DNA of 55,714 nt from Candidatus Kaiserbacteria bacterium (GCA_016217965.1 JACRFI010000015.1:82366-138079); one strand, 5' to 3'. Counted from the first letter of the stretch, positions 8,382 through 20,172 are shown. Notes: generated from the letters alone by a model not told the origin. Program-made: numbers and translations.

Positions 8382-9998
8382 ATGCGATTCATATTAAACG
8401 CCCATCGCGTCCTTCTTAGCTTGAATTATCGGGAAATAAATTGGAAGAGTTGGAAGACGTGGACAATCGTGGGCGCGATTCTGGCGGTACTCATCGGACT
8501 CCTCTCGTACAACGCTCTTTCCGGCGGGACTGAAGAGACAGTAGAAACAGGGCCTCGCCAAGTTCGCGTGGCACGTGTTGGAGATATTCTCCGTGGAAGC
8601 GGGTCCCTTTCTGTTATAGCTGAAGTACAGTCCGTGAGTGAGGCAAAGATTAGCCCCGAGTCCGGTGGCCGCGTAGCGCGCGTGCGCGCATCGCTCGGAG
8701 ACCGAGTCGCTGCAGGGCAAGTCCTTGCTGAAATAGAGAATGATTCTCAGCGTGCCGCAGTCCTTCAGGCAGAAGGCGCATATGACGCAGCAAAAGCCTC
8801 TCTTCAGAAAGTAGAGGGGGGCACTCGGGCAGAGCAGCTCGCCATTCTTGAGAGCGCGCTCGCGTCAGCCAAAGGTTCTGCGGTTACGGCGCTTCTTACC
8901 GCCTATGCAAGCGTAGATAGTGCCGTCAATGACACCGCGGACCAGATGTTCACTGGCGTGGAGCTCGGCAATATTCAATTTACGCCCTCTACGTCCAATC
9001 AGGCGCGAGAAGCAGACCTCGAAACACGCCGCGGCAAGTTAACACTGACCTTAGACAGACAAGAAGAGGCCTCAAAGTCCGTTTCGGTGTCGTCGGACCT
9101 GTCACGCGAACTGCAGCTCGCCGAGGAAGAAGTGCGGGAAGTTCGCACATTCATCGATATCATTCTTGCGGCACTTGCTGACGCATTTGATTCCCCCACC
9201 GTCTCTTCTTCTGAAATATCGGCATATAAAGCAGATGCAACGGCATCTCGAACCACTCTCACAGCGGCACTCAGCGGCATAACATCTGCTCGCAATTCCA
9301 TCCAAACGTCTGAGAAAAATCTCGAACAGGGAGAAACCGGGGCGCAATCTGAAGATGTTGCAGGAGCAGAAGCGGCGGTAAAGCAGGCACAGGGCTCATA
9401 CAATGCAGCACTCGCAAATCTTGAAAAAACCATCCTTCGCTCCCCCATCGCCGGAACCCTCAACAATTTCACCATAAAGCTCGGTGATACAGTCGCCCCT
9501 GCGCAAGAAGTCGCGATTGTCTCGAATAACAATGCACTCGAGGGGGTTGCCTACCTCACGGAGGAGGACAAGGAAAGAGTCCGTGTCGGCCAAAAAGTGA
9601 AGATGGAAGGAAACATCGAGGGCACTATTACGAAGATTGCGCCCGCCTTGGACCCCGTAACACGCCGCGTCGAGATCCGCATCGGGCTTCCTGCTTCCGC
9701 CACTAATACTCTTACAAACGGCCAATCTCTTCGAGTGGAGTTAGATTCAGCTGCACCCACACCAACAAAAGCAACTGAAGGCCCGCTTTCGATTCCCATA
9801 ACTGCACTCCGTATGGAAGCGAGCCGCAATGCAGTATTCACCGTTGTCGAAAGTAAAATAGTTACGAAGGAAATAACGATCGGCAAGCTCTCCGGCGAAT
9901 ATGTTCAGGTGACCGCGGGAATCGATGCAAGTACTGAAATTGTGGTGGATGCGAGAGGGCTGAAAGAAGGAGACGTTGTTACAGCTTCTAGCTTCTAG
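8382..9998 (+). CDS. RND efflux membrane-fusion (adaptor) protein with long coiled coil
   Basis: TM anchor, lipoyl halves GRVARV...GDRV..GQVLA and LRSPIAG, DPVTRR beta barrel. Confidence 0.85.
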   Translation: MRFILNAHRVLLSLNYREINWKSWKTWTIVGAILAVLIGLLSYNALSGGTEETVETGPRQVRVARVGDILRGSGSLSVIAEVQSVSEAKISPESGGRVARVRASLGDRVAAGQVLAEIENDSQRAAVLQAEGAYDAAKASLQKVEGGTRAEQLAILESALASAKGSAVTALLTAYASVDSAVNDTADQMFTGVELGNIQFTPSTSNQAREADLETRRGKLTLTLDRQEEASKSVSVSSDLSRELQLAEEEVREVRTFIDIILAALADAFDSPTVSSSEISAYKADATASRTTLTAALSGITSARNSIQTSEKNLEQGETGAQSEDVAGAEAAVKQAQGSYNAALANLEKTILRSPIAGTLNNFTIKLGDTVAPAQEVAIVSNNNALEGVAYLTEEDKERVRVGQKVKMEGNIEGTITKIAPALDPVTRRVEIRIGLPASATNTLTNGQSLRVELDSAAPTPTKATEGPLSIPITALRMEASRNAVFTVVESKIVTKEITIGKLSGEYVQVTAGIDASTEIVVDARGLKEGDVVTASSF

Positions 9999-10061
9999 CT
10001 TCGAGCTTATACATTCACTATGCATTATCCCCTAGCACCTAGAAGCTAGCACCTAGAAGCT
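9983..10061 (+). repeat. Heptamer inverted-repeat element (AGCTTCT)n...(CTAGAAG/CTAGCAC)n at the MFP/RND junction
   Basis: Left arm contains the MFP stop codon; right arm abuts the RND ATG. Confidence 0.75.
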
Positions 10062-13000
10062 ATGATTCCTCTCTGGACTTTCTTCCTCAAAAAAAGGCAA
10101 TTCACAGCCCTTCTTATAGTATCGCTCATCGCGGCAGGCACATATGCCCTTCTTTCGATTCCGAAAGAGTCAGCACCCGAAGTCCGCATTCCGGTAGGCA
10201 TCGTCACTGCAGCTCTGCCTGGCGCTTCTGCTGAAGATATAGAACAGCTCGTAACGAACGAGATTGAAGCAGGCATTGCGAATCTTGAAAACCTGGACAC
10301 TCTCACGTCCAATTCGCGCGAAGGGCTTTCAATGGTCACTGTGCAATTCGACGCGTCAGCGGACTTGGATAAATCCATACAGAACTTGAAAGACGCGGTC
10401 GATGCAATAAAGCCGAACCTACCCGAAGAAGCGACGGACCCCGTAGTGAGTGAGGTAAATTTCGCAGAACAGCCGGTTCTCATCATTTCAGTGACAGGGG
10501 AATACGCACCTTCACTCCTAACTGAACTCGGAGAGAGCCTTCAAGACGAACTTCAGAATGTAAAAGGTGTATCACGAGTCGATGTATCCGGGGTAAGGCA
10601 GCGCGAGATACACGTCGTTGTCAAAAAAGACAAGCTCGAGCAATACGGCCTTCGGCTCGGGGACATCACATCTGCTATCCAGATGTCCAATGCCTCGCTT
10701 CCTGTGGGGTCTATCACCGTGGATTCTGTGGAATACGCACTGAATTTCGAAGGTGACATCACAAACGCAGACCAGATCCGCGACGTTGCCATACTGACAT
10801 CAAGCGGCTCCATCGTGTATGTCCGTGATGTTGCAGACATCGTTGACGGACTCGAGAGGCAGACAAGCATTTCGCGCGCCTCCTCGAATGGTGAACCTTC
10901 GAAAACGGCGCTCACGCTCTCGGTCTTCAAAAGCTCCGGCGGCAATATTGTTGCTACAGCAGATGCAGTGAAGGAGCGGCTTGAAGAGTTGAAAAAAGGC
11001 ATACTCGCGGATAGCACTGTTGTTATCGCACTCGATCTAGGCGAGGAAGTCAATCGTGACCTTACGGAACTTACAAGTGTCGGCTTTGAGACGCTTCTCC
11101 TCGTCATGTTAACGCTGTTCCTCACAATTGGCTGGCGTGAATCGCTCGTCGCAGCCGTGTCGATCCCGCTCTCTTTCCTTATTGCATTCATTGGCCTTCA
11201 GGCCAGCGGGAACACGATAAACTTCGTCTCGCTTTTTGCGCTTATCCTCGCTATCGGCATCCTTGTCGATTCCGGCATCGTGGTGACAGAAGCTATTCAC
11301 ACACGCATGCGCAAATTCGCGACGAAAGAAGAGGCCGCGGAAGCCTCTCTTAAAGAATACGCGTGGCCTCTTATGGCAGGCACCATGGCTTCCATCGCGG
11401 TCTTTGCGCCACTTTTCTTCATCTCCGGTATTGTCGGCGAATTCATTGCCTCCATTCCTTTCACGCTTATTTTTGTCCTTATCGCCTCCATTTTTGTAGC
11501 GCTCGGGTTGGTTCCGTTAATTGCCATCAGATTTACAAAAAAAGACAACAACCGGCTCGAGGCGCGGCAAGAAGAATACACGCATAGATTCCAAGAGTGG
11601 TACCGCGAAAGGCTCACTTCCCTTCTCGACAGCCGGCGTGCGCAAAATATCTTCTTGTGGGCGATAGGCATAGGGTTCATCGTTTCCCTCGCTCTACCGA
11701 TCTCCGGTCTTCTCAAAACGACATTTTTCCCTCAAGAGGATATTGACTTCATCTTTGCCGAGATAGAAAAGCCGGTCGGAACAACACTTGCAGAAACCGA
11801 CCTTGCAGTACGCATCGTCGAAGAGGCGCTCTATGGAGACAAAGATGTCGAGGCATTCACGACGACAGTTGGTGGCTCGAGCGCTCTTACTGGAGATACC
11901 CCAACTTCGGGTGGACACCTCGCAAACATCACCGTTCTTCTCAAAAAGGACCGGGAAAACACTTCTTCGGAAGTCGCCAGAAACATTCGCAATCGGCTCG
12001 GCACAATGCCAGGCGCAGAAGTTAGAGTATCGGAACCAAATAACGGTCCCCCGACCGGCGCACCAGTTCTGATAACCTTCTCCGGCGATGATCTCGATGA
12101 CTTGGAGCGCGCCACGCTCGACGCGGAACGGCTCCTTTCATCCATAGAAGGCGTTTCGGATATTGAATCCAGCGTCAAAGACACAGGCATAGAGTTCACG
12201 CTCGAGATCGACCGCGCAAAAGCGGCAAGCTTGGGGCTCTCGCCTTTCATGATAGCTCAGACACTTCGCACCGCTGTGCAAGGCCAAGAGGCGACGACAA
12301 TTCGAAACGTTGAGAACGATATCGACGTGGTCGTAAAACTTGGGCTCAACCCGGTCTACGATGACCCGGCGGAAACGACGTTCGTGAATCCTGATGCCCT
12401 ACGCTCTATCACAATCCCGACACCAAAGGGCCCGGTTCTGCTTGGGTCCGTGTTAGATACCTCCATTCATCGTGGCAAGGCATCTATCCGGCACGACGAC
12501 AGAAAGCGCATCGAAACAGTAACAAGCGAAGTAACTGGAGGCGCAACGCCTGTCGAAGTAACTGCAGAATTCGAGAGGCGCATAGGAGAGTTGGATATTC
12601 CTGCGAGCGTGACGTGGAAAATTGGCGGCGAAACGGAAGATGTGAACCAATCATTCGCCGAAATGGGTTTTGCGTTCATCGCGGGGCTTGTGCTCATGAT
12701 TGCGATCATGGTGGTGCAATTTAATTCCATCCGGCACGCGCTCTACCTTATCCTCATGGTCATTCTATCCCTCATCGGCGTATTCGGCGGACTTTTCTTT
12801 ACGGCACAAACACTATCATTCTCGTCCGTCATCGGCATAATTGCGCTCGCAGGAGTCATCATCAATCACGCCATCATCCTCACCGACTCCATCCATCGGC
12901 TTGCGCACGGACAGAATGGCCTGACGCACAAAGGCGTTATCGTTGAGGCTGCCGTCTCGCGCCTGCGCCCTATCTTCCTCACGACCATAACCACCGTCAT

Positions 13001-13148
13001 TGGTATGGTGCCGCTTGCGCGTGCGTCGGCTCTCTGGGGGCCACTCGCATTCGCCATTATGTTCGGGCTCGCGTTTTCCATGGTGTTAACTCTTGTCATG
13101 ATTCCGATACTTACGTACAGGTGGCCTGGTTCTTGGAGAAGAATATAA
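10062..13148 (+). CDS. AcrB/AcrD/AcrF-family RND permease
   Basis: PGASAEDIEQLVT, GILVDSGIVV, RLRPIFLTTITT; 1028 aa. Confidence 0.93.
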   Translation: MIPLWTFFLKKRQFTALLIVSLIAAGTYALLSIPKESAPEVRIPVGIVTAALPGASAEDIEQLVTNEIEAGIANLENLDTLTSNSREGLSMVTVQFDASADLDKSIQNLKDAVDAIKPNLPEEATDPVVSEVNFAEQPVLIISVTGEYAPSLLTELGESLQDELQNVKGVSRVDVSGVRQREIHVVVKKDKLEQYGLRLGDITSAIQMSNASLPVGSITVDSVEYALNFEGDITNADQIRDVAILTSSGSIVYVRDVADIVDGLERQTSISRASSNGEPSKTALTLSVFKSSGGNIVATADAVKERLEELKKGILADSTVVIALDLGEEVNRDLTELTSVGFETLLLVMLTLFLTIGWRESLVAAVSIPLSFLIAFIGLQASGNTINFVSLFALILAIGILVDSGIVVTEAIHTRMRKFATKEEAAEASLKEYAWPLMAGTMASIAVFAPLFFISGIVGEFIASIPFTLIFVLIASIFVALGLVPLIAIRFTKKDNNRLEARQEEYTHRFQEWYRERLTSLLDSRRAQNIFLWAIGIGFIVSLALPISGLLKTTFFPQEDIDFIFAEIEKPVGTTLAETDLAVRIVEEALYGDKDVEAFTTTVGGSSALTGDTPTSGGHLANITVLLKKDRENTSSEVARNIRNRLGTMPGAEVRVSEPNNGPPTGAPVLITFSGDDLDDLERATLDAERLLSSIEGVSDIESSVKDTGIEFTLEIDRAKAASLGLSPFMIAQTLRTAVQGQEATTIRNVENDIDVVVKLGLNPVYDDPAETTFVNPDALRSITIPTPKGPVLLGSVLDTSIHRGKASIRHDDRKRIETVTSEVTGGATPVEVTAEFERRIGELDIPASVTWKIGGETEDVNQSFAEMGFAFIAGLVLMIAIMVVQFNSIRHALYLILMVILSLIGVFGGLFFTAQTLSFSSVIGIIALAGVIINHAIILTDSIHRLAHGQNGLTHKGVIVEAAVSRLRPIFLTTITTVIGMVPLARASALWGPLAFAIMFGLAFSMVLTLVMIPILTYRWPGSWRRI

Positions 13149-13279
13149 TCTCGATGATCCTGTCACGCATATTTTTCTGCTGAAAAATTGCGCGACCCCG
13201 CCTCAGCGCCGCCGCGCCTGCGAAGACGGCAAAAAACTTACGCCTTCAGCGAGTTTCGGCGCTAAACAATGCGTATCGA

Positions 13280-13400
13280 GCAACGCCTCAACGTCGAGAG
13301 AACATCGCGCAGCGAACAAAGAAACGTGAAGAAAGCCTGCAGTACCTCTTCAGAAAGAAGCGTGCAGAGAGTTCGCGTTCAGGGCGACGTTGAGGGTTGC
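13280..13400. ncRNA. Long irregular hairpin (candidate ncRNA or MITE-like element)
   Basis: GCAACGCCTCAACGTCG/CGACGTTGAGGGTTGC terminal stem plus nested GCGAAC/GTTCGC, CTGCA/TGCAG and CTTC/GAAG stems. Confidence 0.4.
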
Positions 13401-13405
13401 GAAGA

Positions 13406-13981
13406 CTAATTCCACAAACTCCTTCGATTTTCTCTACTTCTCTCGCGGCGAAAGTCTCCTAAGCCTATTTCCTCGCGCATCTCCCCCGGTGGCTCTCTCC
13501 TCCCTATCTGCCCCAGCCTCATCGCTCGTAATGTCTTTAACGAAAAATAGAGTGCGAATATAAATCCGACAACTATCGCTTCACGCCCGATGAACACAAG
13601 TGGGCTACCACCAAAATATGCTACCAACGCGAGGACTTCATTTGCTGCAGTGCCTAGCGCGGCAACAATTGTATTGAGAAGCATGACAAACTCCTTTTTT
13701 GGATGCGTCATTGCCGCAAGAATGACGAGAACTAACGCACTGCCAATATCAACCGGGATTGAGACGTATAGTGCACTATCCCAAAACGGGGCCAGCACCA
13801 GCATCACGGCTGCAATGCCCACAAAAAACATCCGTAATTGGTCGCCGTAGTAATGCGCGAGGTGTGGGCCAGAGCGTATGCGCGGGAAAAAGAGCTGCGT
13901 CGTATCCATCAGCTCCTCGTGCGGGACTTTCTTCTCCCAATCGTCGTCCCTCTCGTACCTATCGAAATCGTCGTTCCCCAT
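13406..13981 (-). CDS. Hypothetical 4-TM membrane protein
   Basis: 191-aa ORF with four hydrophobic segments. Confidence 0.7.
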   Translation of the reverse strand: MGNDDFDRYERDDDWEKKVPHEELMDTTQLFFPRIRSGPHLAHYYGDQLRMFFVGIAAVMLVLAPFWDSALYVSIPVDIGSALVLVILAAMTHPKKEFVMLLNTIVAALGTAANEVLALVAYFGGSPLVFIGREAIVVGFIFALYFSLKTLRAMRLGQIGRREPPGEMREEIGLGDFRRERSRENRRSLWN

Positions 13982-14161
13982 ACCCGGTTAGTAGAATGTG
14001 CCTTTGCGGCAGACGCCTACCGGCTGCCGCGGCGTGGTCGTATAAAATTCGACTTCGTTGATTTGTTTGATTTGGTGATCTGCTTTCATAGGGAATCCAA
14101 GCCTAAGGCACATTTCACTACCGGGCATACCCCTTCAGCATATCACTTGGCACAAGCTTTG

Positions 14162-14464
14162 CTACTTTGCGGCGTGTTTCTCGGAAAGGGCGATTACCGC
14201 ATTCATATCGTCTGCAGGCGCAACTTTATTCCGCCTTCTCACGCCACACTTCGTGCAAACGTGTACCAAAACGTATTCACGCACTGTGCCTTCCACAGAA
14301 ACCGGCTCCATCATTCCCTGGCACGCTTCCTTCCTATCGCCGGGTCCCACGTCTACATGCTTGCTCCAGAGGCATTTTGGACAGTGATTCGTATACCCGG
14401 TGCCATGAACGTGTATTTTGCAATGATCACAGATAAAATCTTCAATGCGACGTGTAAAGCTCAT
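14162..14464 (-). CDS. RNHCP-domain protein
   Basis: FICDHC...YTNHCPKCLWSKHVD..PGDR...C.G.M...H.CTKCG. Confidence 0.9.
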   Translation of the reverse strand: MSFTRRIEDFICDHCKIHVHGTGYTNHCPKCLWSKHVDVGPGDRKEACQGMMEPVSVEGTVREYVLVHVCTKCGVRRRNKVAPADDMNAVIALSEKHAAK

Positions 14465-14550
14465 ATTGGGAGCAGAGCTGCCCCGTTAGATGCGATGCTA
14501 TCTAATGGGGCAAAATCCTCCACCTTCCTAGTAAACGCCATGTAAGAAAA

Positions 14551-15702
14551 CTAACGCTGTCCGACAAGTTCGCGTAGCGACTGAAGAATCCCGGAGAGAA
14601 TATCCCGAAACCGCAATAGAATATTGAAAAGCGGATCGGTAGTATTTGTCGAAGATGCAGAATAATTCACCCCGGCGCCAAATGTATCACCTTCCCTTTT
14701 TTCTACGCTGACTGTTGTCGAGCCAGATGTATAGGTGATGCCTGGCCGATCGGTAGAGGTAATTTCAAACTTGCCACCCGACGTTTCTACACTGATAGCA
14801 GAGCCCCCTGTACTTTTTCCAATAGCGACGCTTGAAAGAGTAGGTGTTGTCGATACACCAAGAAGAGACAGGAGTTTATCCGCAACGGATGTGCCGCCTT
14901 CCCCCGTAAGGCTGATGGGTGAGAGTGTACTAAGGCCGGATGAATAGGGCGTAGGTGCTCCGGTTTGCAGTGGACTGAAATATTGTCCCGGCTGTGCGCC
15001 ACCGGGTTGGTAGACCGGCTGCGCTTGCTGTGAAGGCATTGCTTGCGGATACTGCTGCCCACCTTGATTCGATTGGTATGCCTGACCGATGGATTGCGCT
15101 TGCCCGCCACCTGGTGGCGCGTATCCTGCTGCAGCGGAGGGTACATACTCACCGCCTGAAACTACAGGATCGCTTGTAAGTGGTCCACCTATTTGTCTCC
15201 ACTGCTGTGTCGTGTTTCCGCATACGCTGCCACTATTCACAAGCCCTTGATTTCCTCCTTTTCTGTAATCACCGTATGCGATGTCGTACTTGCTCCGCAT
15301 GACCGCGCATGTCCCATATTTGGCGCATCCTGATTCTCGAAATGCGCTGCCTGTGTCATGTACGTAGCCAATGACTTTTTCTATGGTATATCGCTTATAG
15401 TCTGCATTGCTGACATACGTAATGGAACCCATGTCGTAATATTTCCCGTAGTGGCTCGGATGCGCAGCAAGTGTGACATACTTTGATTTTCCAAGCCGAA
15501 AATCATCAAGTGTTTTTGGCACTGACCCAGCACCATTCGGGCCTGGGCGCGACGTCGCGAAGGGACCCTCAATATTTCCTCCAGCACCTGGCGCGTAACA
15601 GGTCACTCTTGCTTTGACCGGGATCGACATTTCTTCATTCGCTGCATGTCCGACTGCAGGAAGCACTAGGGCGATAGCCAGAAAAAAACCTGCGCGAAGC
15701 AT
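14551..15702 (-). CDS. Secreted protein with 3D/RlpA-like domain and Q/S/T-rich tail
   Basis: Signal peptide; ARVTCY...TLAAHP...VHDTGSAF...YDIA resembles the 3D-domain pattern. Confidence 0.55.
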   Translation of the reverse strand: MLRAGFFLAIALVLPAVGHAANEEMSIPVKARVTCYAPGAGGNIEGPFATSRPGPNGAGSVPKTLDDFRLGKSKYVTLAAHPSHYGKYYDMGSITYVSNADYKRYTIEKVIGYVHDTGSAFRESGCAKYGTCAVMRSKYDIAYGDYRKGGNQGLVNSGSVCGNTTQQWRQIGGPLTSDPVVSGGEYVPSAAAGYAPPGGGQAQSIGQAYQSNQGGQQYPQAMPSQQAQPVYQPGGAQPGQYFSPLQTGAPTPYSSGLSTLSPISLTGEGGTSVADKLLSLLGVSTTPTLSSVAIGKSTGGSAISVETSGGKFEITSTDRPGITYTSGSTTVSVEKREGDTFGAGVNYSASSTNTTDPLFNILLRFRDILSGILQSLRELVGQR

Positions 15703-15755
15703 CGCTCATATTGTACCCTCTATTTGGACGCTGTCTCTTCCGTCTGTTGAAATCT

Positions 15756-17159
15756 CTAGAGTATCGTGACGCTTGTTGTAGCCATCACCTCTTCCTTTGC
15801 GAGCGAGAAACATTTGAGCGTAAAGAGAACACTGCCAGACATGCTAGAGCTGGTCGGAACGGTTTGCACACCGTTATTCCCCTGTCCAATGCCAATATTC
15901 CCGGCTGCTCCTGATATTGAGAGTGTACAGCGTGGTTCGGATAAGACGCGCACACTGGACCAGCTGACGAACATCGCCTCTCCTCCCCGCACCTCTCTCC
16001 TTTGTGGAATGATCGCCAATATCGGCTTCAAGAGTTCGGGTGCAAAGGGTGTCGTAGTTGCGGTGACATTTGGATTGCCGATGCTTGGATTTTGTGGAGT
16101 TTGCGGTGTTTGAGGCGGCTTCTTTTCGTCCTTCTTGGCGCCAAACTGCGGCATTTTGAAATTCTTGAATAGATTTTGGAGCATGGAGCCAAGCTGCGAG
16201 AACAAACTGCTTGAAGATGACTGGTTCTGATTCTCTACAGCATCGGTCGGGTTCGCGTACGTACTTGCTGGCCACATATTTTGTGCACTTGTTTGTTGAT
16301 TCGTCGGGTGCAAGGGGTGGTTAAAACAATCGGGACCATATTTCCCTGGCACAACGTATATAGGGTGGATACTTGCTAAACAATCCCAATCCTTAGTGTG
16401 ACCTCCCTGCCTGTTATTGTTGATTCCCGCTTCTGGATTGAGCGCGGTTGCCTTTTTTGCCAATTCCTCTGCTTGATCATTGCTTAAACCTAATTTCTTG
16501 CCTAGCTCCTCAATTTTTTTCGGGTCGCCTTCCGCCATCGCCTGCAACATCTGCGGGTCCGTCTGGATTTTCTTTTGAATTTCCGGATCCTTGGTCACGG
16601 TTGCCGCAGCCGGCGCGGCGACCGCATCAGCAATACGTTTAGAGTCCGATAAAGGTGCGTCCTTGTTCGCACCCGCAACTCCCGGCAAAGGCTCTCCATC
16701 TTTATATGCCGAAGCTAACTTTTTCAATGAGGATAGATCACCATTACTGTTTTCGACGGTATCTATTGCATTATTGATACCTTGTTTGTCACATTTTGAG
16801 ATTTCAAACTTCCCCCCTTCCATTACCCCCCAAATTGTCGGCATTTCTACGCACAGTTTGGGAGGGATTTGTCCTGGCTTGCATCCGTACTTCGTATTTT
16901 CAACATCGCCTGTACATAGCCGTGTTTTTCCTATGGTAACCGTGGCGCCCCCTAATCCTCCCTCGAAAATTACTCGCTCATCCGTGCACCCAGAAAGATC
17001 CCCTGTTATCTGTTTAAGTTTGCCCGTAGCCCCTGCCAATGAGCTTTGATGTTTGACTGGACTTTCTTTAAACGAAGCACAATTTGATACTTTTGCTGCA
17101 TCCGATATAAACGGAAAAATTACTACGGCAATAACCGCAACGGCAACATGGCGAAACAT
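15756..17159 (-). CDS. Secreted Cys-containing hypothetical protein
   Basis: Signal-like N-terminus; multiple Cys; C-terminal beta-rich Ig-like segment (VSWSS...CTL...FTLKC). Confidence 0.65.
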   Translation of the reverse strand: MFRHVAVAVIAVVIFPFISDAAKVSNCASFKESPVKHQSSLAGATGKLKQITGDLSGCTDERVIFEGGLGGATVTIGKTRLCTGDVENTKYGCKPGQIPPKLCVEMPTIWGVMEGGKFEISKCDKQGINNAIDTVENSNGDLSSLKKLASAYKDGEPLPGVAGANKDAPLSDSKRIADAVAAPAAATVTKDPEIQKKIQTDPQMLQAMAEGDPKKIEELGKKLGLSNDQAEELAKKATALNPEAGINNNRQGGHTKDWDCLASIHPIYVVPGKYGPDCFNHPLHPTNQQTSAQNMWPASTYANPTDAVENQNQSSSSSLFSQLGSMLQNLFKNFKMPQFGAKKDEKKPPQTPQTPQNPSIGNPNVTATTTPFAPELLKPILAIIPQRREVRGGEAMFVSWSSVRVLSEPRCTLSISGAAGNIGIGQGNNGVQTVPTSSSMSGSVLFTLKCFSLAKEEVMATTSVTIL

Positions 17160-17212
17160 ATTGCTACCATTGTAGCTCGTTCCCGTGGCCATTCGCCGCC
17201 CGTTGTTGAAAA

Positions 17213-17452
17213 CTAGATCAAGATAGTTACATTTCCTCCAGAGCACTCAAGCACTCCTCTGGCAACTTCAAACTCCTGCTCGCCACTTTTGCTTCGTGCC
17301 ATTATCGTGCCTTTGCGTAGAGTGGAGACAAGCGGCTCATGGTCGGCGAGGAGCGTCATCTCCCCAGCAGAGCCAGGCACTGTGACAGACTCAGCTTCGC
17401 CGTCAAATTTCGCACCTTCGAGCGATGTGATAACGAGATGGAAAGATTTCAT
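17213..17452 (-). CDS. atpC: F1 ATP synthase epsilon subunit (beta-sandwich only)
   Basis: VPGSAGEMTLLADHEPLVSTL; last gene of the atp operon. Confidence 0.88.
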   Translation of the reverse strand: MKSFHLVITSLEGAKFDGEAESVTVPGSAGEMTLLADHEPLVSTLRKGTIMARSKSGEQEFEVARGVLECSGGNVTILI

Positions 17453-17515
17453 AGGGTATAGGGTATTGGGTATAGGGTATAGGGTATAGTAATTGCCCAC
17501 CCTAGACCCTAGTGG
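17453..17515 (-). repeat. Heptamer inverted-repeat element (TAGGGTC)n...(TACCCTA)n between atpD and atpC
   Basis: Five TAGGGTA-type units on the plus strand next to the atpC ATG; complementary arm near the atpD stop. Confidence 0.75.
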
Positions 17516-18970
<1,455 letters not shown>

Positions 18971-18974
18971 CTTG

Positions 18975-19886
18975 TCATTTCATCGCCTCGATACCGCTTG
19001 TGATTTCTGAAACCTCGCGCGTAATGGCAGCTTGGCGGACTTTGTTGAATTTGCGCGTGAGCAAGATAGACATCTCTTTCGCTTTGTCCGTCGCACTTTT
19101 CATTGCAACCATTCGCGCAGAGTGCTCTGACGCCTTTGACTCGAGCATCTTGTGATAGATGGCGGTGTTCACGAGAATGGGCAGAAGTTCGTTGATAACT
19201 TCGCCCGCTTCCGGCTCTATCGTGTACGCGGGCGCGGCCTTCAGCTCCAGTTCCTTGCCGTATCGGCCAAGCGCGAATTCCATATCCTCCACGATGTGTT
19301 TTATTATCTCCTCCGAGAGGGGCAAAATTTTGTGCATCTGCGCATGCTGTTCAAAGATGGATTTAAAGTTGGTATATGCGGCATACATCTCGCGAACTCG
19401 CTCGCCTAAGTATTCACTGAGCACGTGATCCGTTATCTCCCGAAAATGTTCAGTATCTATATCATCAGAGACGTTCAATCGGTGATACGCAATCTCGTAC
19501 CCGCGAGAAAGCGCGTATTCATAGCCTCGTTTTCCAAGACAAATAAATTCGAGGTCCGCAGCGCGAAAATTCCTGCCGCGGATGAAATTGTCGACTTTTT
19601 TAAGAACCGCGCTGTTGAAACTTCCCGCAAGCCCCTTGTCGCTCGTGATGACGAGGATGGCGACTTTCCCCTTTCGTCCCTCTTTTGTCAGAGGATGATT
19701 CCCAACCTCTATGCTTCCCGAAAGCGCGCGCAGTATCTGGAACGCCGCCCCAGCATACGGACGAGCCTGAATGGCTCTCTCCTGCGCCTTTCGCATCTTT
19801 ACGGCGGACACCGCCTGCATAGCACGGGTCACCGTCGATGTCTTTTTCACTGAAAGAATCTTTGCTTTGATGTGTTTGAGGGCCAT
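18975..19886 (-). CDS. atpG: F1 ATP synthase gamma subunit
   Basis: TSDKGLAG, ASEHSARMVAM, RQAAITRE. Confidence 0.97.
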   Translation of the reverse strand: MALKHIKAKILSVKKTSTVTRAMQAVSAVKMRKAQERAIQARPYAGAAFQILRALSGSIEVGNHPLTKEGRKGKVAILVITSDKGLAGSFNSAVLKKVDNFIRGRNFRAADLEFICLGKRGYEYALSRGYEIAYHRLNVSDDIDTEHFREITDHVLSEYLGERVREMYAAYTNFKSIFEQHAQMHKILPLSEEIIKHIVEDMEFALGRYGKELELKAAPAYTIEPEAGEVINELLPILVNTAIYHKMLESKASEHSARMVAMKSATDKAKEMSILLTRKFNKVRQAAITREVSEITSGIEAMK

Positions 19887-19892
19887 ACGTTT

Positions 19893-20153
19893 CTATACTT
19901 GCTTCGCCTCGGGACTCTGTGGTTTCCCTTCCAACTTGGATATCTCTTCGTCGAGAGCGAGAAGCCGCGCTTTTGCTTCAGCGATATCGCCTTCAATGCC
20001 AACTTTCTGAGTTCCATGAACACGTGGATCATTGGAAATCTCGATGAGATTAACCACTTTTCTCGACACGGCATCTCTTGCCTGTTTATACACGCCGAGC
20101 TTCTCCTTATCAGTTGCCCGCTGCATATAGTTGTCGAAGTCTCTCGTTTCCAT
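19893..20153 (-). CDS. 86-aa helical hypothetical protein inserted between atpA and atpG
   Basis: ATG ORF filling the atpA-atpG gap in the operon direction. Confidence 0.6.
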   Translation of the reverse strand: METRDFDNYMQRATDKEKLGVYKQARDAVSRKVVNLIEISNDPRVHGTQKVGIEGDIAEAKARLLALDEEISKLEGKPQSPEAKQV

Positions 20154-20172
20154 ATGTGGAGCACATTTCCTA

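Noticed and set aside
13280-13400. SRP (4.5S) RNA
   Set aside because: Lacks the CAGG...GGAA...AGCAG domain IV motif on both strands
17453-17500. N-terminal YPIPNTLYP extension of AtpC, or a telomere-like repeat
   Set aside because: It is the translation of the heptamer element; the real start is probably 17452
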